From contig MU058658.1 in assembly GCA_013265495.1 (NCBI GenBank), positions 619,059 to 683,058 on the forward strand: 64,000 nucleotides of DNA, given 5' to 3'. This DNA is from Vicugna vicugna (taxonomy: Eukaryota). A program made the position numbers and the translations under genes. The notes below the pieces were generated by a model, which was not told where the DNA came from, made no database searches, and saw only the letters and a program-made list of their open reading frames with translations. Positions within the stretch are counted from its first letter, which is position 1; every line of letters begins with the position of its first letter. Positions 1 to 13,572 of this stretch are shown piece after piece.

Positions 1-567
1 GAGGAAAACCTCACCAACCTAGAATTTGGTGTCCATCAAAATTACCCTTCAAAGGTGATGGTGAGATAAAGGCTTTCTTAGACACACAAAAACTGTGGGA
101 ATATATGAAGTTCTTGAGAGTTGAAAAATGATGGATCAGAAATTTGGGTATCATACAGAAAGGAAGAGCATCAGAGAACAAAAGAATTCCATTGACATAT
201 AATTGACATGTAACACTGTATTTGTTTAAGGTGTACAACATGATGATATGTGTACACACTGTGCAATGATGACCAATGTAAGATTAGTTAGCATCATAGT
301 CACAATAATTTATCTTGTGATGAGAACTTTTAAGATCTACTCTATGATTAACTTTCAAATATACAATACAATACTGTTAACTATAGTCACCATGCTGTGC
401 ATTACCTTCCCAGGACTTATTCACCTTATAACTAAAGGTCTGTAGCTTCTGATACCCTTCATCCATTTCATGCACCCACCCCATCCCCTGCTCTGGCAAC
501 CTCTGTTCTGTTCTGAGTTAGTTTTTTTTTCCTTTTAGAGATCTCATATAAGTGTGATCATGTAGTA

Positions 568-786
568 CAGTTGACCCCTGAGCAACATGAGTTAGAACTG
601 CATGGGTCCACTTCTGCACGGGTATTTTTCAATAAATACACACAGCACTACATGATATCCTTGGATGAACCCACAAATGCTAAACTTCAGAATCAGAGAG
701 CTCATGATGGGACTTAAGCATCTGCAGATTTCAGTATATACAGCGGCTCCTGGAACCAATCCTCTGTGGAAACTGAAGGACAACTG
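568..786. mobile_element. MER8-like Tigger-family non-autonomous DNA transposon nested in an L1 3' end
   Basis: CAGTTG...CAACTG terminal inverted repeats with TA duplication. Confidence 0.75.
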
Positions 787-1933
787 TATTTGTCTTTCTT
801 TGTCTGACTCATTTCACTTAGCATAATGCCCTCTAGGTCTATCTATGCTGTTGCAAGTGGTGGGATTTCCTTATTTTTTTTTTCATTTATGGTTGAATAG
901 TACTGAATGATACTCCATATATTGCATATTTCTGGTAGCATTTATCCATCAATGACTCTTAGATTGTTTCCATGTCTTGCAAATGGTAAATAATGTGGCA
1001 ATAAACATGGTATACAGATATCTTTTTGAGATGATTTCACTCCCTTTGGATAAATACACAGAAGTGGAATTGCTCGATCATATGATAGTTCCATTTTTAA
1101 TTTTTTAAGGATTCTCCATACTGTTTACTATAGTTGTTACAATTCCCACCAACACCACACAGAAGTCCCTTTTCTCCGTATCTTCACCAATGCTTATTTC
1201 TCGTCTTTTTGATGATAAACATTTTAACAGGTGTGATGTGGTATCTCATTGTGGTTTTGGTTTCCATTGCCCTGACCATTAGTGATATTGATCATGTTTT
1301 CACATAGCTGTTTGTCATTTACGTATCTTCTTTGGAAAAATATCTACTCAGATCTAACAAATAAAAGTCTTTTCAAAAGAACAATAGCAACGATGTACTC
1401 CATTATGCATTCTTATTTATTTTTTTCATTATGCATTTTTATACACAACAGTTACATATGCCTATGTAAAAATTAAATAAATGGCAGCATTAATACAATG
1501 GAAGAGAGAAAATAACTAGGATTTTTTAAAATTATAAGCTATTCAAACTACCCATGAAGCCATATAGTGGTCTTTAAAAGTGGGCTTCAATTAGTTGTAA
1601 ACACATATTGTAAATTCCAGGGCAATTACATAAAAAAATGGAAAGAAAGGAAGCATAACTGATAGGCTAACAAAAAAAAATGAAATTATACAAAATACTC
1701 AAAACTACAAATAGAAGAGTGTACGACTAAAACAGGCAATGAATAGACAATGGTAACAAATCTGTTAGATATTTACACAACTACACCAATATATTAAATG
1801 TCAAAACTCTAAATGTACCAATTAAAAGACAGATTATCAGAGTGGATCAAAAAACAGGACTCAAATATATGTTCTCTCCAAGAAACCCACTTTCAACACA
1901 AAAATACACATAGTTCAAAAAAAGTGGACAGAA

Positions 1934-2095
1934 GGGGGAGGGTATAGCTCAAGAAGTAGAGCACATGTTTAGCATGCACAAGGTCCTGGGTTCAATCCCC
2001 AGGGACTTCCTCTAAAAGTAAATAAACCTGATTAACAACCCCCCCAAATTAAATGATACAATAATAAATAAAATAGGAAAAAAAAACCAAGTAAG
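1934..2095 (+). mobile_element. tRNA-derived SINE, camelid Vic-1 type
   Basis: GGGGAGGGTATAGCTCA head, GGTTCAATCCC B box, A-rich tail. Confidence 0.8.
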
Positions 2096-2961
2096 TAAAT
2101 GGACAGAGAAAGACTAACACTAATTCTAAGAAAAAGTTGTAGGAACTGTATTTATTACAGAGCAGATTTCAAATAAGCAAAGATTTCAGGGACAAAGAGA
2201 ATGACACAATGGTAAAGGGGTCAATTCTCCATGATGCACAATAATCCCTTACGTATCTTTGCCTAAAAGCAGAATGTCAAAATATAAGGCAAAACAGAAC
2301 TACAAGTAGAAATAGGTAACTCTGCTGTAACAGTTGGAGACTTCCTTCAACACTCCTCTATCAGAAATGGACAGATTCAGCACACAGAAAATCTTTAAGG
2401 ATTTTGTGGAACTGAAGAGCACTACCATCAATCAACTGGATATAATGGATATCTATAGACTACTAGGCTACACTATCCAAAAACAACAGATTACAGGCCT
2501 TCTCAAGCTGACATAGACTATTCCCAAGATAAACCACATTCTTGGCCATAAAACACACCTCATAACATTTAAAAGAATACAAATTATACAGTGTCATTTC
2601 TCAGATCACAGTGGAATTACAACACTAGAAACCAGTAACAGAAAGATACTTGGAAAATCCAAAATATTGAGAAATTAATCAACACACTTCCAAGTAATAT
2701 ATGGGTCAGAGAAGAAATCAAGGGAAATTTCAAAATATTTTGAAATAAACACACCAACTGTCAAAATACGAGGATGCAATGTTCATGGGAAAGTTATAGC
2801 ACTGAATGCATATATTAGAAAAGAAGAAAGATCTGAAATCCATGTGTGCTTCCTCCTTAGGAAACTAGAATGAGAGACAATTACATACAAAGAAGAAGAA
2901 AGAAATAATTTTAAAAATCAATTAAGAAATAGGAACAAAGCCAAAAAAAAAGCTGATTCTT

Positions 2962-3093
2962 TATTTTTCTTTAAGGTTGTTGTTTTGTTTGTTTTTGTTT
3001 TTGTTTTTTAAATAAATGGAGGTACTGTGGACTGAATCCAAGACCTTGTGCATGCAAAGCAAGAGCTCTACCACTGAGCATTATCCTCCCCTC
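2962..3093 (-). mobile_element. Vic-1-type SINE
   Basis: Reverse SINE head; flanking duplication AAAGCTG(A/G)TTC. Confidence 0.75.
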
Positions 3094-4202
3094 AAAGCTG
3101 GTTCCTTAACACCAATAAAATAAAAATTAAAAAAGTCTAGTCAGGCTCAAGAAGAAAAAATGAGGACACTAATTACCAATACCCAAAATGAAAGAGGAAA
3201 CATCACTACAGATACCATGGACATTAAAAGGATAATAACAAAATATGCCCATAAATTTGATAACTTACATCAACTGAAAGATACAGTCTACCAAAACCCA
3301 CACAAGAAGAAATAGAAAATCTGAACAGGTCTACATCTATCAATGTATTGAAACAATCATGAATAACCTTCCCAAACAGAACTGGCCCAAATTGGTTCTC
3401 TGGTGAATTCTGTCAACCATATAAAGAAGAGATTATGATTCTCTACAATTTCTTTCAGAAAATAAAAATGAAGGGAATACTTCCTAACTCATTCCATGGA
3501 GACAGCTTTACTCCAATGCCAAACAAGATATACCAAAAAGTATAGCTCAGTATCTCTCAAGAACACAGATGAAAAAATTCTCATGAAATATTACTAAGTT
3601 GATTCAAACACTGTGTAAAAAGAATCAGACACCAAGATCAAGTGGGATTTATGACAGGTATAGAAGGCTGGTTTAACATTTGAAAATCAATATAATTCAT
3701 GTCAATAGGTTAAAAACAGATGACCTCATCAGTAAGTGTAGAAAAAGGACAGACAAAATCCGATATCCATTCATATGACAAAAATCTACATCTCCTAGTA
3801 AACTAAAAATAAAGGAAAAATTCAATTTGATAATCTAAGTGAAACCCTATAGCTGTCATCATACTTACTAAAGAAGCTGTCACACTAAGATGAAGAAGGT
3901 AATGGTGTTCCCTCTTACCATTCTTTTTCAACTTTGTACTGGAACCCATAATTAATGCAATGAGATGAGAAAGGTACATAAGAGGTATATTGATTGGGAA
4001 GAAGGAATAAAACTGTCCTCATTTTCAGATAACAGGATCAACCATGTAAAAAACACAAAAACAGAAAACAAAAAAAAATTCAGGAACTAAAAAACAACTA
4101 TTGCAAAGTTTCAGCATACAAGATTAATACACAAAAGTCAATTACTTTCCTATATACCAGCAATGAACAAGTTAAATCTGAAATTAAAGACATAATATCA
4201 CA

Positions 4203-4350
4203 GGGGGAGGATATAGCTCAACTGGTAGAGCACATGCTTAGCATATACAAAGTCCTGGGTTCAATCCCCAGTACCTTCTCTAAAAATAAATAAATAAACA
4301 AACAAATAAACCAACCTAATTACCTCTCCCCACACCAAAAAACAAAAAAA
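4203..4350 (+). mobile_element. Vic-1-type SINE
   Basis: A box/B box head and A-rich tail. Confidence 0.8.
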
Positions 4351-6432
4351 CATACCATGTGCATAGGACCAAAAAAAAAAAAAAGGTGAGAGAAACATAG
4401 TTATAAATCTACCAAGACACACATGAAACCTGTATTACAGAAACTATAAAATTCTGATGAAAGAAATCAAAGAATAAATGGGAAGATACTAAACATTCAC
4501 AAATAGGAAGATCCATTACTGCAAGACGTCGGTTGTTCTCTACTTGATCTACAGATTCAATGCAATCCAAACCAAAATCCCAGCAAGTAACATTGTGAAT
4601 ACAAACAAATAGGTCCTAATATTATATAGAGAGGAAAAAGTTCCAGAATAGCCAACACTATACTGGAGAAGAACAAAGCTGGCAGACTGACACTACTAAA
4701 CTTCAAGACAGTATCTACAGTCCTCAAGGCAGTGTGGTATTGCTGAATGGACAAACTGATCAATGAATAGTATTGAGAGCCCAGAAATAGACCCATACAA
4801 ATGTAGTCAACTGATCTTTGACAGATGAGCAAAGGCAACACAACAGAGAAAAGGTAACACTTCTTAGTAAGTGATACTGGAACTGAGCATCACATGCAAA
4901 AAAAAAAATCTAGACACAAACCTGTCATGTGTCACAAAAATTAATCCAAAATGGCTCATAAAGACCTAAATAATAAATACAAAAAAACTCCTAAGAAAAC
5001 AACTCAAATACAAAATGGTCCAAAGACCTTTAAAGGCACTTCACTAAAATATACAAATGACTATTGAGCATAAACAAAAATGCAAGGAAATGCAAATTGA
5101 CTCAAAATGAGATACCATTACCTTCTTATTAGAATGGCCAAGATCCAAACACCTGACAACAGCAAATGATGGTAATGGTGTTGAGCTACAGGAATTTCAT
5201 CCATTGCTTGCTGGAATGAGTAAATGTAGAGCCCACTTTAAAGATGGTTTGGTAATTTCTTAAAAAATTGAACTCTTCTATCACCCAATAATCCTATTCC
5301 TTGTTATTTATGCAAAAGAGTTGAAAACTTATAACCATATGAAAACCTTCACACAGATATTCACAGCATCTTTATTCCTAACTGCCAAAATTTGGAAGCA
5401 CTCAAGAAGTCCTTCAGATGATGAGTGGATGAACACCATACATCCTGATAAAGGGAACATTACTTGGAGCTAAACTGCAGTGAGCTATCAAGTCATGAAA
5501 AGAAATGTAGAAACAACCTACATGTTCATCAAGATGACTGGATAAAAAAGTTACAGTATATTTACACAATGGAATATGACTCAGCCATAAAAAATAAAAT
5601 GCCTTTTGCAACAACATGGTAGACCTGGAGATTGTCATACTAAGTAAAGTAAGCCAAGAAGAGAAAGAAAAATACCGTATGATATCACTCATATGTGGAA
5701 TCTTAAAAGACACAAATGGATTTATTTACAAAACAGAAACGGAATCTCAGATATAAAAAACAAACTTATGGTTATGGGGTGAGGGAAGCGGGAAACGGGG
5801 GAAAAGGTATAAATTGGGAGTTCAAGATTTGCAGATACTAACTACTATAAAAAATTAAACAACAGGTTTCTTCTGTGTATCACAGGACACTATATTCAAT
5901 ATCTTGTAACAACCTATGAGAATGTGAAAACGAATGTATGTATGTACATGTATGACTGAGATATGCTGTACACTAGAAACTGACACTGTAAACTGACTAT
6001 ACTACAATTTTAAATTAAAAAAAAAAGAAGAAATGTAGAAAGCCTAAATGCATATACTAAGTGAAAGAAGCCAAGATGAAAAGGCTACATAATGTATGAT
6101 GCCAACTATGTAACATTCTGGAAAACAGAAAACTATGGAGACAGTGGAAAAAATAATCAGTGCTTACCAAAGGGTACAGGGGAGGAAAGGATAAACAGTG
6201 GAGAACAGAGGACTTTTACTGCATTGAAAACATTCTCTCTGACGCTATAATGGTGGATACACATCATTCTACATTTACGAAAGCCCACAGAATGTGCAAC
6301 ACCAAGAATGAACACTCATGTAAACTTCAGGTACTGAGTGATAATGATGTGTCTATAATTCATGTTTTCAAGGGATTCCATAGAGCCAAACAATTATGAA
6401 AAAAGAACAAAGCTCAAGGACTCAAAGCACCT

Positions 6433-6560
6433 GGGGAGGGTATAGCTCAGTGTGCCTAGCATGCATGAGGTCCTGGGTTCAATTCCCAGCACCCCCATTA
6501 AAAATAAATAAAATCTAACTACTTGCCCCCCAAAAAGAAAACAAAAGAAAAAAAAAAAAA
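6433..6560 (+). mobile_element. Vic-1-type SINE
   Basis: Head, poly(A), duplication AAGGACTCA(A/C)AGCACCT. Confidence 0.85.
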
Positions 6561-7837
6561 GGACTCACAGCACCTTATTTCAAACCTTATTACAAAGCTA
6601 CAATAATCAAAGTAGACTGCTACTGCCATAAAGACATAATCATATTCCCATGGAATAGAACAGAGAATACAGTCTAAAAATAAACCCTCATACATATGAT
6701 TTATTTTTGATAGGAGGACCATTACCATTCAGTAAGGACAGTGCTTTCAAAAAATGTTGCTGAGAAAACTGGATATGCACACACACAAGAATGAAGCTGG
6801 ACCATTACCTAACACCCTATATAAAAATTCACTCAAAATGTATCAGAGGCCTAAATGTAAAAGCTGAAACTATAAAATTCTTAGGACAAAAAAGGAGAAA
6901 AGCTTCATCTGTGGATTCAGCCATGATTTTTTGACCATGACAACAAAGCACAAGCAACAAAAAAGAAACAGGATTTCAAAACTGAACAATGATTGTGGCA
7001 TAACTTTAACACACACATTATGTGTCCATTATACCTCAGTGATGATGGGGTAAATCAACTGAACAACTTTTGCACATCAAAGAACACTATGAACACAGTG
7101 AAAAAGGCAACCACATAATGGGAGAAAACATATGCAAATCACAGATTCAAGAAGGGATTAAAATCCAGAATATATGAATAAAGCTTATAATTCAACAACA
7201 ATAAAAAAAACATGATTTAAAAAAAAGGATTTGGAAGTTTGAGATTTACAAATGTTAGCCACGGTGTATAAAAATAGATTTTTTTTTAAGTTTATTCTGT
7301 ATAGCACAGGGAACTCTGTTCAATATCTTTTAATAACCTTTAATGAGAAAAAATATGAAAAGGAGTATACTTATGTATATGCATGACTGGAACACTGAGC
7401 TATACACCAGAAACTAACACACTGTAATTGACTGTACTTCAATTAAAAAAAATGAAAAAGGACTTGAACAGATGTTTTTCTAAAGATATACAAATGGTCA
7501 ATAAGTACAGCACTAGGGAAATGCCATCAAAATAATAAAGATGTACTACTTCCTACCCACTGGGATATCTATAATCCAAGGAACAGAAAATAACAGATGC
7601 TGGCACGGATGTGGAAGAATTGGAACCTTGGAAAGGGGTCTTGTAAGAACAGCTTATGGTCTGTTTTACTAGTGACCAGGACAGTGACAAGTTTCTTGCA
7701 CAGTCAGACACAAATCAATACCGGGTAGAGGAATGGGTCAAAACTTGGATACTATGGATTTGGACAGTCACATGGCCAAACAGATAGCAAGCAAGGAGGC
7801 ATCTAGCAGGCGGACTGCAAGGTTGAGGATCTTGAGA

Positions 7838-8010
7838 GGGGAAGGGTATAGCTCTACTGGTACAGCATATGCTCTAAAATTAAAAAGTTAGTTTAAAAAA
7901 TACCTAAATAAACTTAATTACCTACCCTCCCAAAACATCAAAAAAAGGAAAGAAAGAAAAAAAAGAATGAAGGTTAAATAAAGACACTTAAAAAAACAAA
8001 CAAACAAACC
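7838..8010 (+). mobile_element. Internally deleted Vic-1-type SINE
   Basis: GGGGAAGGGTATAGCTC head without B box, A-rich tail; absent at the paralogous site in gene D. Confidence 0.65.
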
Positions 8011-8206
8011 CTAAGGCTCCTGAATCCTAACCTGCAAGGCTTGGGGGCTACAGGTGAAGGGCACTAAGGAGTAGGGATGCACTCAGCATCCCCATAGTAA
8101 CCACAGCACCTACCCAAGGATTGAACAAGAAAGTAGCACCCATGGTCCAAAGGTGAGAACAACAAAGCTGCTCCTGGAAAAAGGGAGAAAGACAGAGCCT
8201 AGTTCA

Positions 8207-8398
<192 letters not shown>

Positions 8399-9339
8399 TC
8401 ACTCCCAAAAATCCACAGCTCATCTTCCCACACATCTACCCTACTGCCTGACCAGATGGAGCCTGAAGACCTGGGTAAGAAAACCTCCCTCCCTGATCTG
8501 AAGCTCCCATGGCCTCCAGAATACACAGGCAGTCATTTCAAACCTAACTCCTCCTCCCTGCTATTTATTTCCACAAGAAATTACCTAAACTAGCTCAGCT
8601 TCACTTTAGTGCCTTTCCACAAACTGGTACGCGTTCCAGCAGTAACCTTCCAAACTTCATTCCATTGGTGGTGGGAAATGGCAACCCCCTCCATATGCCC
8701 AGGCCTGGACTCAGGACCCTGAGCACAGGGTTCTCCAGGGTCCCCAAACTAAGAGACTTGGAGAATGGCAGGCGAAGAGCCCCCAAAGACACCTCATATG
8801 TGTACGCAGGGCTCAGAAGAAGTGAAGGATTGGGACAGACCCCACTTAATTAAACTGCTTCTGCAGCCCTGGGAGTCTGTGGGGAAGGGCAGGCCATGGA
8901 GGGAAGTGACCACGGCGGTGCTCCAAGGGCTCAGGCCTTCCTGGACCTCTGCCCGGTACCAGCCAGGTAACCTCAGACTGCTTGTCTAATCTCCGTGCCT
9001 CAGTCCTCACTGCAACCTCTTACCTGTTATGACCTGGGAGAAGCAACTGCCCTCTGCATCCGTGTCCTCATCGGCCCCTGCATTCTGTACTTCCACTGAA
9101 CAAGCTCTGGAGTATTTCTGAAACCTTACTCAGACCTTATCCTTCCTTGGCTCAAAACTCTCCACGGTCCCAGAGCCCTAAGAATTACAGTACAATCACT
9201 ACTGCACCGCTCCAGGTGCAAGTGGGCCTCAAACTTTGTTCCTCGGAGAAACAAGACAGACTCCAGGTTCCCCGAAGTTCCCGGTTCACTTGCCTCTCCA
9301 AGCCCCACCGACACCGCAAGACACTGGTGGGCAGAAACA

Positions 9340-9970
9340 GGGGCCCCGTCCCGAAGGCCTCGGTCCTTGACCAGGGGCCTGGGCTAAAGAGACGGAAACA
9401 GGCGCCCCCCGTTCGGGGCGTTACTGTCTGGGTGGGAAACGGGCAGCGGAGAACCCGCAGCAGCAGCACTTACCTGAGCCGCGTCCCTCAGCGCAGCCGC
9501 CGCCATCCGAGCCTCTGCGCGGAGCAGAGTGGCCGCAGCCGAGTGACCGGGTCGGCTAGGCAACGACACCCCTCGCGGGCGGCGGTGTCCTCGACCCTCA
9601 CACCCGCCCCCGTGCAGCGCGGACAGAGCCTCCTCCTGAGCCTTCCAGCCCGTCACCTCGCTCCCCTCACGGGACACGCGACCCTCTCACGCAATCAACG
9701 GACTCCACAGCAACCAAAATGGCCGTCAGGAAGCCGCCGGAAGCCCCTCAACGAAATGTTTGCTGACCCGGAAACGCCTCCTTTCTGGACTGTCATTGGG
9801 CTATGGCCTCTGCCCCTTGGCGCACAATCTTCTGGGTAATGTAGTGCTAAGGCCTCAGGGAAGGGCACTGAACACCGGGACCACCTGGGGAAAAGACAAG
9901 GAGCGTCTCGGGGGCGCTGGGAAATGACCTCTAGGGCGGGGGAGGGATTCATCCTTACGAAGGGGCGGGG
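9340..9970 (-). promoter_or_regulatory. CpG-island promoter of gene A
   Basis: CpG-rich; minus strand has ACTACATTACCCAGAAG (ZNF143/THAP11-type), CCAAT, TTCCGG (ETS) and GGCCATTTTG (YY1). Confidence 0.8.
9474..9506 (-). CDS. KRAB-ZNF gene A, first coding exon (MAAAALRDAAQ)
   Basis: ATG in cggATGG context inside a CpG island, 33 nt, consensus CAG|gtaagt donor, phase 0 matches the KRAB exon. Confidence 0.9.
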
Positions 9971-10330
9971 CAAGCACGGCGGAGGGGTTTAAGAGGATTG
10001 AAGAGCCTTAGATGCTCCCGATCACAAGTGTTTGGACGTTATCTCAGACTCCGTGAATCCAACCCAAGTTGATAGCCACTGGTAACAGGAAACACATAAA
10101 CGTTATCCTATTGCTCTTAAAATACATGCAGCCTGAGGTATGAAAGTCATTTTGGAAGCTTTGGTCAGGGACAAGAAAATAGACGTGACCATGACCAGAA
10201 GGTGGAGAGGAGATATTGGGCAGCACTATAGCAGATGAATAAAGGGGAGAGCACTACTCCTGGTGCCCACAGAAAAGGCTCTCCTGTCTGTATAGTCAGT
10301 GATAGTGTCCAACTCAGGGAGAAACGCTGG

Positions 10331-10834
10331 TGTACGATCAGGCCACCCACGAAGGCTGTTCTTTTGCTCTTTGTACCTCCCCTGCACCACTAGTCCCTGC
10401 TTCACCTACACCCTACTCACCTCACTGACCTTCCCTCTTAATCAAAGAGCCTATTCAGTAAATGTCTACAGAGTTGCTGCCTGCCCCAGCTGGTGATTGT
10501 TCTAACCTAAGTCAAAAGGTCTTCACTCGGATATTTCATGAAAGGCGCAGTAAGGGGTATGTTCCTCTGCTGATGTCCCTGATAACATATAAGCCAACCT
10601 GACAGTGATTCCCTCTAAAGCTGGTAACCTCCCTCTCCCCTGTAAGTTGTTAAGACAGCTGTCATATCCTGCTTGCTGTCTACTGACCACGGTGGAAAGC
10701 TCCTCGGGGCCTTGCTTTGGGTAAGATCCCCTCCCCATTAAGCCATGGATGTCTCTGTAGCTGTCTCTGAGCTCTTTCTTCCGTCTTCAGGCTGGGCCAT
10801 TAGGAGGCTTGCAGGCCTGGGGGTGCACCCAACA
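10331..10834 (+). mobile_element. Solo ERV LTR upstream of gene A
   Basis: TG...CA ends, ATTAAA at ~10737, flanks GCTGG/GCTGA resemble a target-site duplication; paralogous copies near B and D. Confidence 0.75.
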
Positions 10835-11299
10835 GCTGATCTATCCCTAAAACATGGAACTGTTGTTTCAATAGAATATAAAATTGTTTTACACATATAC
10901 ATTTGTTTTTCAATATACTCTGCAACTTTATGAATAAAATATCAGGATGACCATTGTTAATAAAGGTGCACTACAGTACACAAATTTATGAAAAAGAAAG
11001 TGAAAAGTCTCATGGAGAAAAACAAAGTTCGCAACATGGTATGTTTTTACAATTCTTTTGCACTTGAATACACCCTCTATGAGTGCTTGCACCGCGATAT
11101 GTATTCTGACACAAGTGTTTTTTGTTGCTGTTTAGTAAAAATAAAGTCACTCTGTATACAGGTCTGTCCTTTTCTTTCCTTACTTAATAGATCTCGCACA
11201 ATCAAAATCTACTTCCTCATCTTACGCCTAACAGCTCCTTATCAGGACGCCTTGTCCACCTAAAAGCTGCCCCCTCCCTTTAGGTTTTGAATTATTGTG

Positions 11300-11990
11300 C
11301 CTCGTCTGTACACACCACGGAGTCTGACTCGGGGCTACCGCTGGCCCCTCGGTCCCTGCAGGGCGCCTCCCCAAGGCATGGAAACTGCGTGGAGGTCTTC
11401 AGGGCTCGCTCTGCGCTGCTCAGTCCTCTTCCGACGCCCCCCGTGCCCTCTCAGCCTCCGAAGAAGGATCAGTCCCGGTGGCAGGTGTATCGGGCCGCAG
11501 GGTTTGGGCTGCTTCCCGTCCTGCGGGACTGCCGTGAGGTGGTCCCGGCGGGAGTGCCGGCGGGCCGACTAGGGCTCCGCAGGCCCGGGCGCGGGAAGTC
11601 GGACCCTCGGGATCCCAGGGGACCCGGGCACCGCAGAGCTCCTTTCCTTTCTTTCTCTTCGGAGCGCGGCCTCGGGCCGGCAAGGAGGACTCACCGGGCC
11701 GGGAGGAGCGGGGACTCGCCGGGGGTGGGATGAAGCCTTGGGGCAAACCTTCCGGATTTCGAATCAAGACTCCGCCGCCTGAAACAAACAAATAAACAGA
11801 AGACTCCGCCTCCTGAGCCACCGAGGGGACACAGGCTTGTCTCAACCCCTAGGCCTTTCCTAAACGGCCTCCGCTGGGGCGCGAATGTCTCTAAGTGCCT
11901 CCCGGTCCCGCCCGCTGCTGTCCTGCTGGACCCCATGGGTCTCCGCTCCCTAGTGTGGTTTCCCTCACCCCCACCCCGCCTCCTATTCTC
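11300..11990. promoter_or_regulatory. Orphan CpG island about 2 kb upstream of gene A
   Basis: High GC and CpG density; CCG|GTGAGT donor on the minus strand at 11695/11694; not similar to the four ZNF promoters. Confidence 0.65.
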
Positions 11991-12860
11991 ACCGTCCCCT
12001 CTGAAATGCGACCTCAGATGAGACGTGACCCCTGGACTTGAAGAACGTCCAGAGAGAAAAAGGCCTCACCAAGTTCCCTCTGGAATCCTCTGGAATATAT
12101 TTTTATTGAAGTACAGTCAGTTTGCAATGTTGTGTTAATTTCTGGCGTACAGCACAATACTTGAGTCACATAGGAACATACATACATTTGTTCTTATATT
12201 CTTCTTCGCCATAGGTTACTACAAGATATTGAATATGGTTCCCTGTGCTATACAGTATAAACTTATTTATCAGTCCTCCAAAATCTCCAATCTCGGTCTC
12301 TCCCTTTCCCCACTGCCACAATTATTTAGTGTAAGAAGTTTCTTATACTAAATTTTGAATCAAAAAACATTAGACCAAATTACCTCCCCCCAAATTTAAA
12401 AAAATTTTTTTAAGTGTAAAAATAAACCCAAAACTTTAGTCCAGATACCCTCATTGGCAGGCAAGTTCATCTATTGGCCTTTGAGAGCAGGGACGCTTAA
12501 TTAAATCACAGAACCTCTGTGATCAGGGGAAATCATGAGCCATCAATACCTGGAAATTACCTCAGTTCTTCAAGGGCTGCAAGGTTCGATAACCACAGCA
12601 AAGTGGTCTCTGTGGCATAAGAAACGCTCATGCCATATCTATTGGTCTACATTTTCTAATTTAAATATTATGATTTCTCTTCCAAAGACTTCTAGTTTTT
12701 ACCCTTTCTCCTGCTCTTATTTTCACTCATTGTGCTAGTTCCATGATACATTTTTTTTGTTGCATATGACATTTCATGTCCTTGGACCACACAGGATTCC
12801 TAATACTTGGATCAGCACTTTCCCTGCCCAGCCCTGGAATTTCCAGTGGTTGATTTGCAT

Positions 12861-13466
<606 letters not shown>

Positions 13467-13549
13467 TTAATATCTTAAAAAAAGAAACCTGAGGGCTATT
13501 AGGAACTATCTTTGTGTAAAAGTGATTGATGAATCTATTCAAGGTTTTT

Positions 13550-13572
13550 TATATATATATATATATATATAT
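13550..13572. repeat. (TA)n microsatellite
   Basis: Direct inspection. Confidence 0.9.

Larger units (their letters stand above)
1..7630 (+). mobile_element. Nested degenerate LINE-1 fragments filling intron 2 of gene A
   Basis: A-rich ORF2-like and 3' UTR-like segments with no long ORF; one nested 3' end (~190-1350) is on the opposite strand. Confidence 0.8.

Noticed and set aside
1934..2010. tRNA-like sequences with A and B boxes
   Set aside because: They are SINE heads followed by A-rich tails and target-site duplications, not tRNA genes
9147..9839. Similar 150-230-aa ORFs antisense to exon 1 in all four genes (also 35277-35729, 37187-37858, 59598-60173)
   Set aside because: GC-rich CpG islands lack stops; starts, ends and frames differ between copies; similarity reflects paralogy of the promoter
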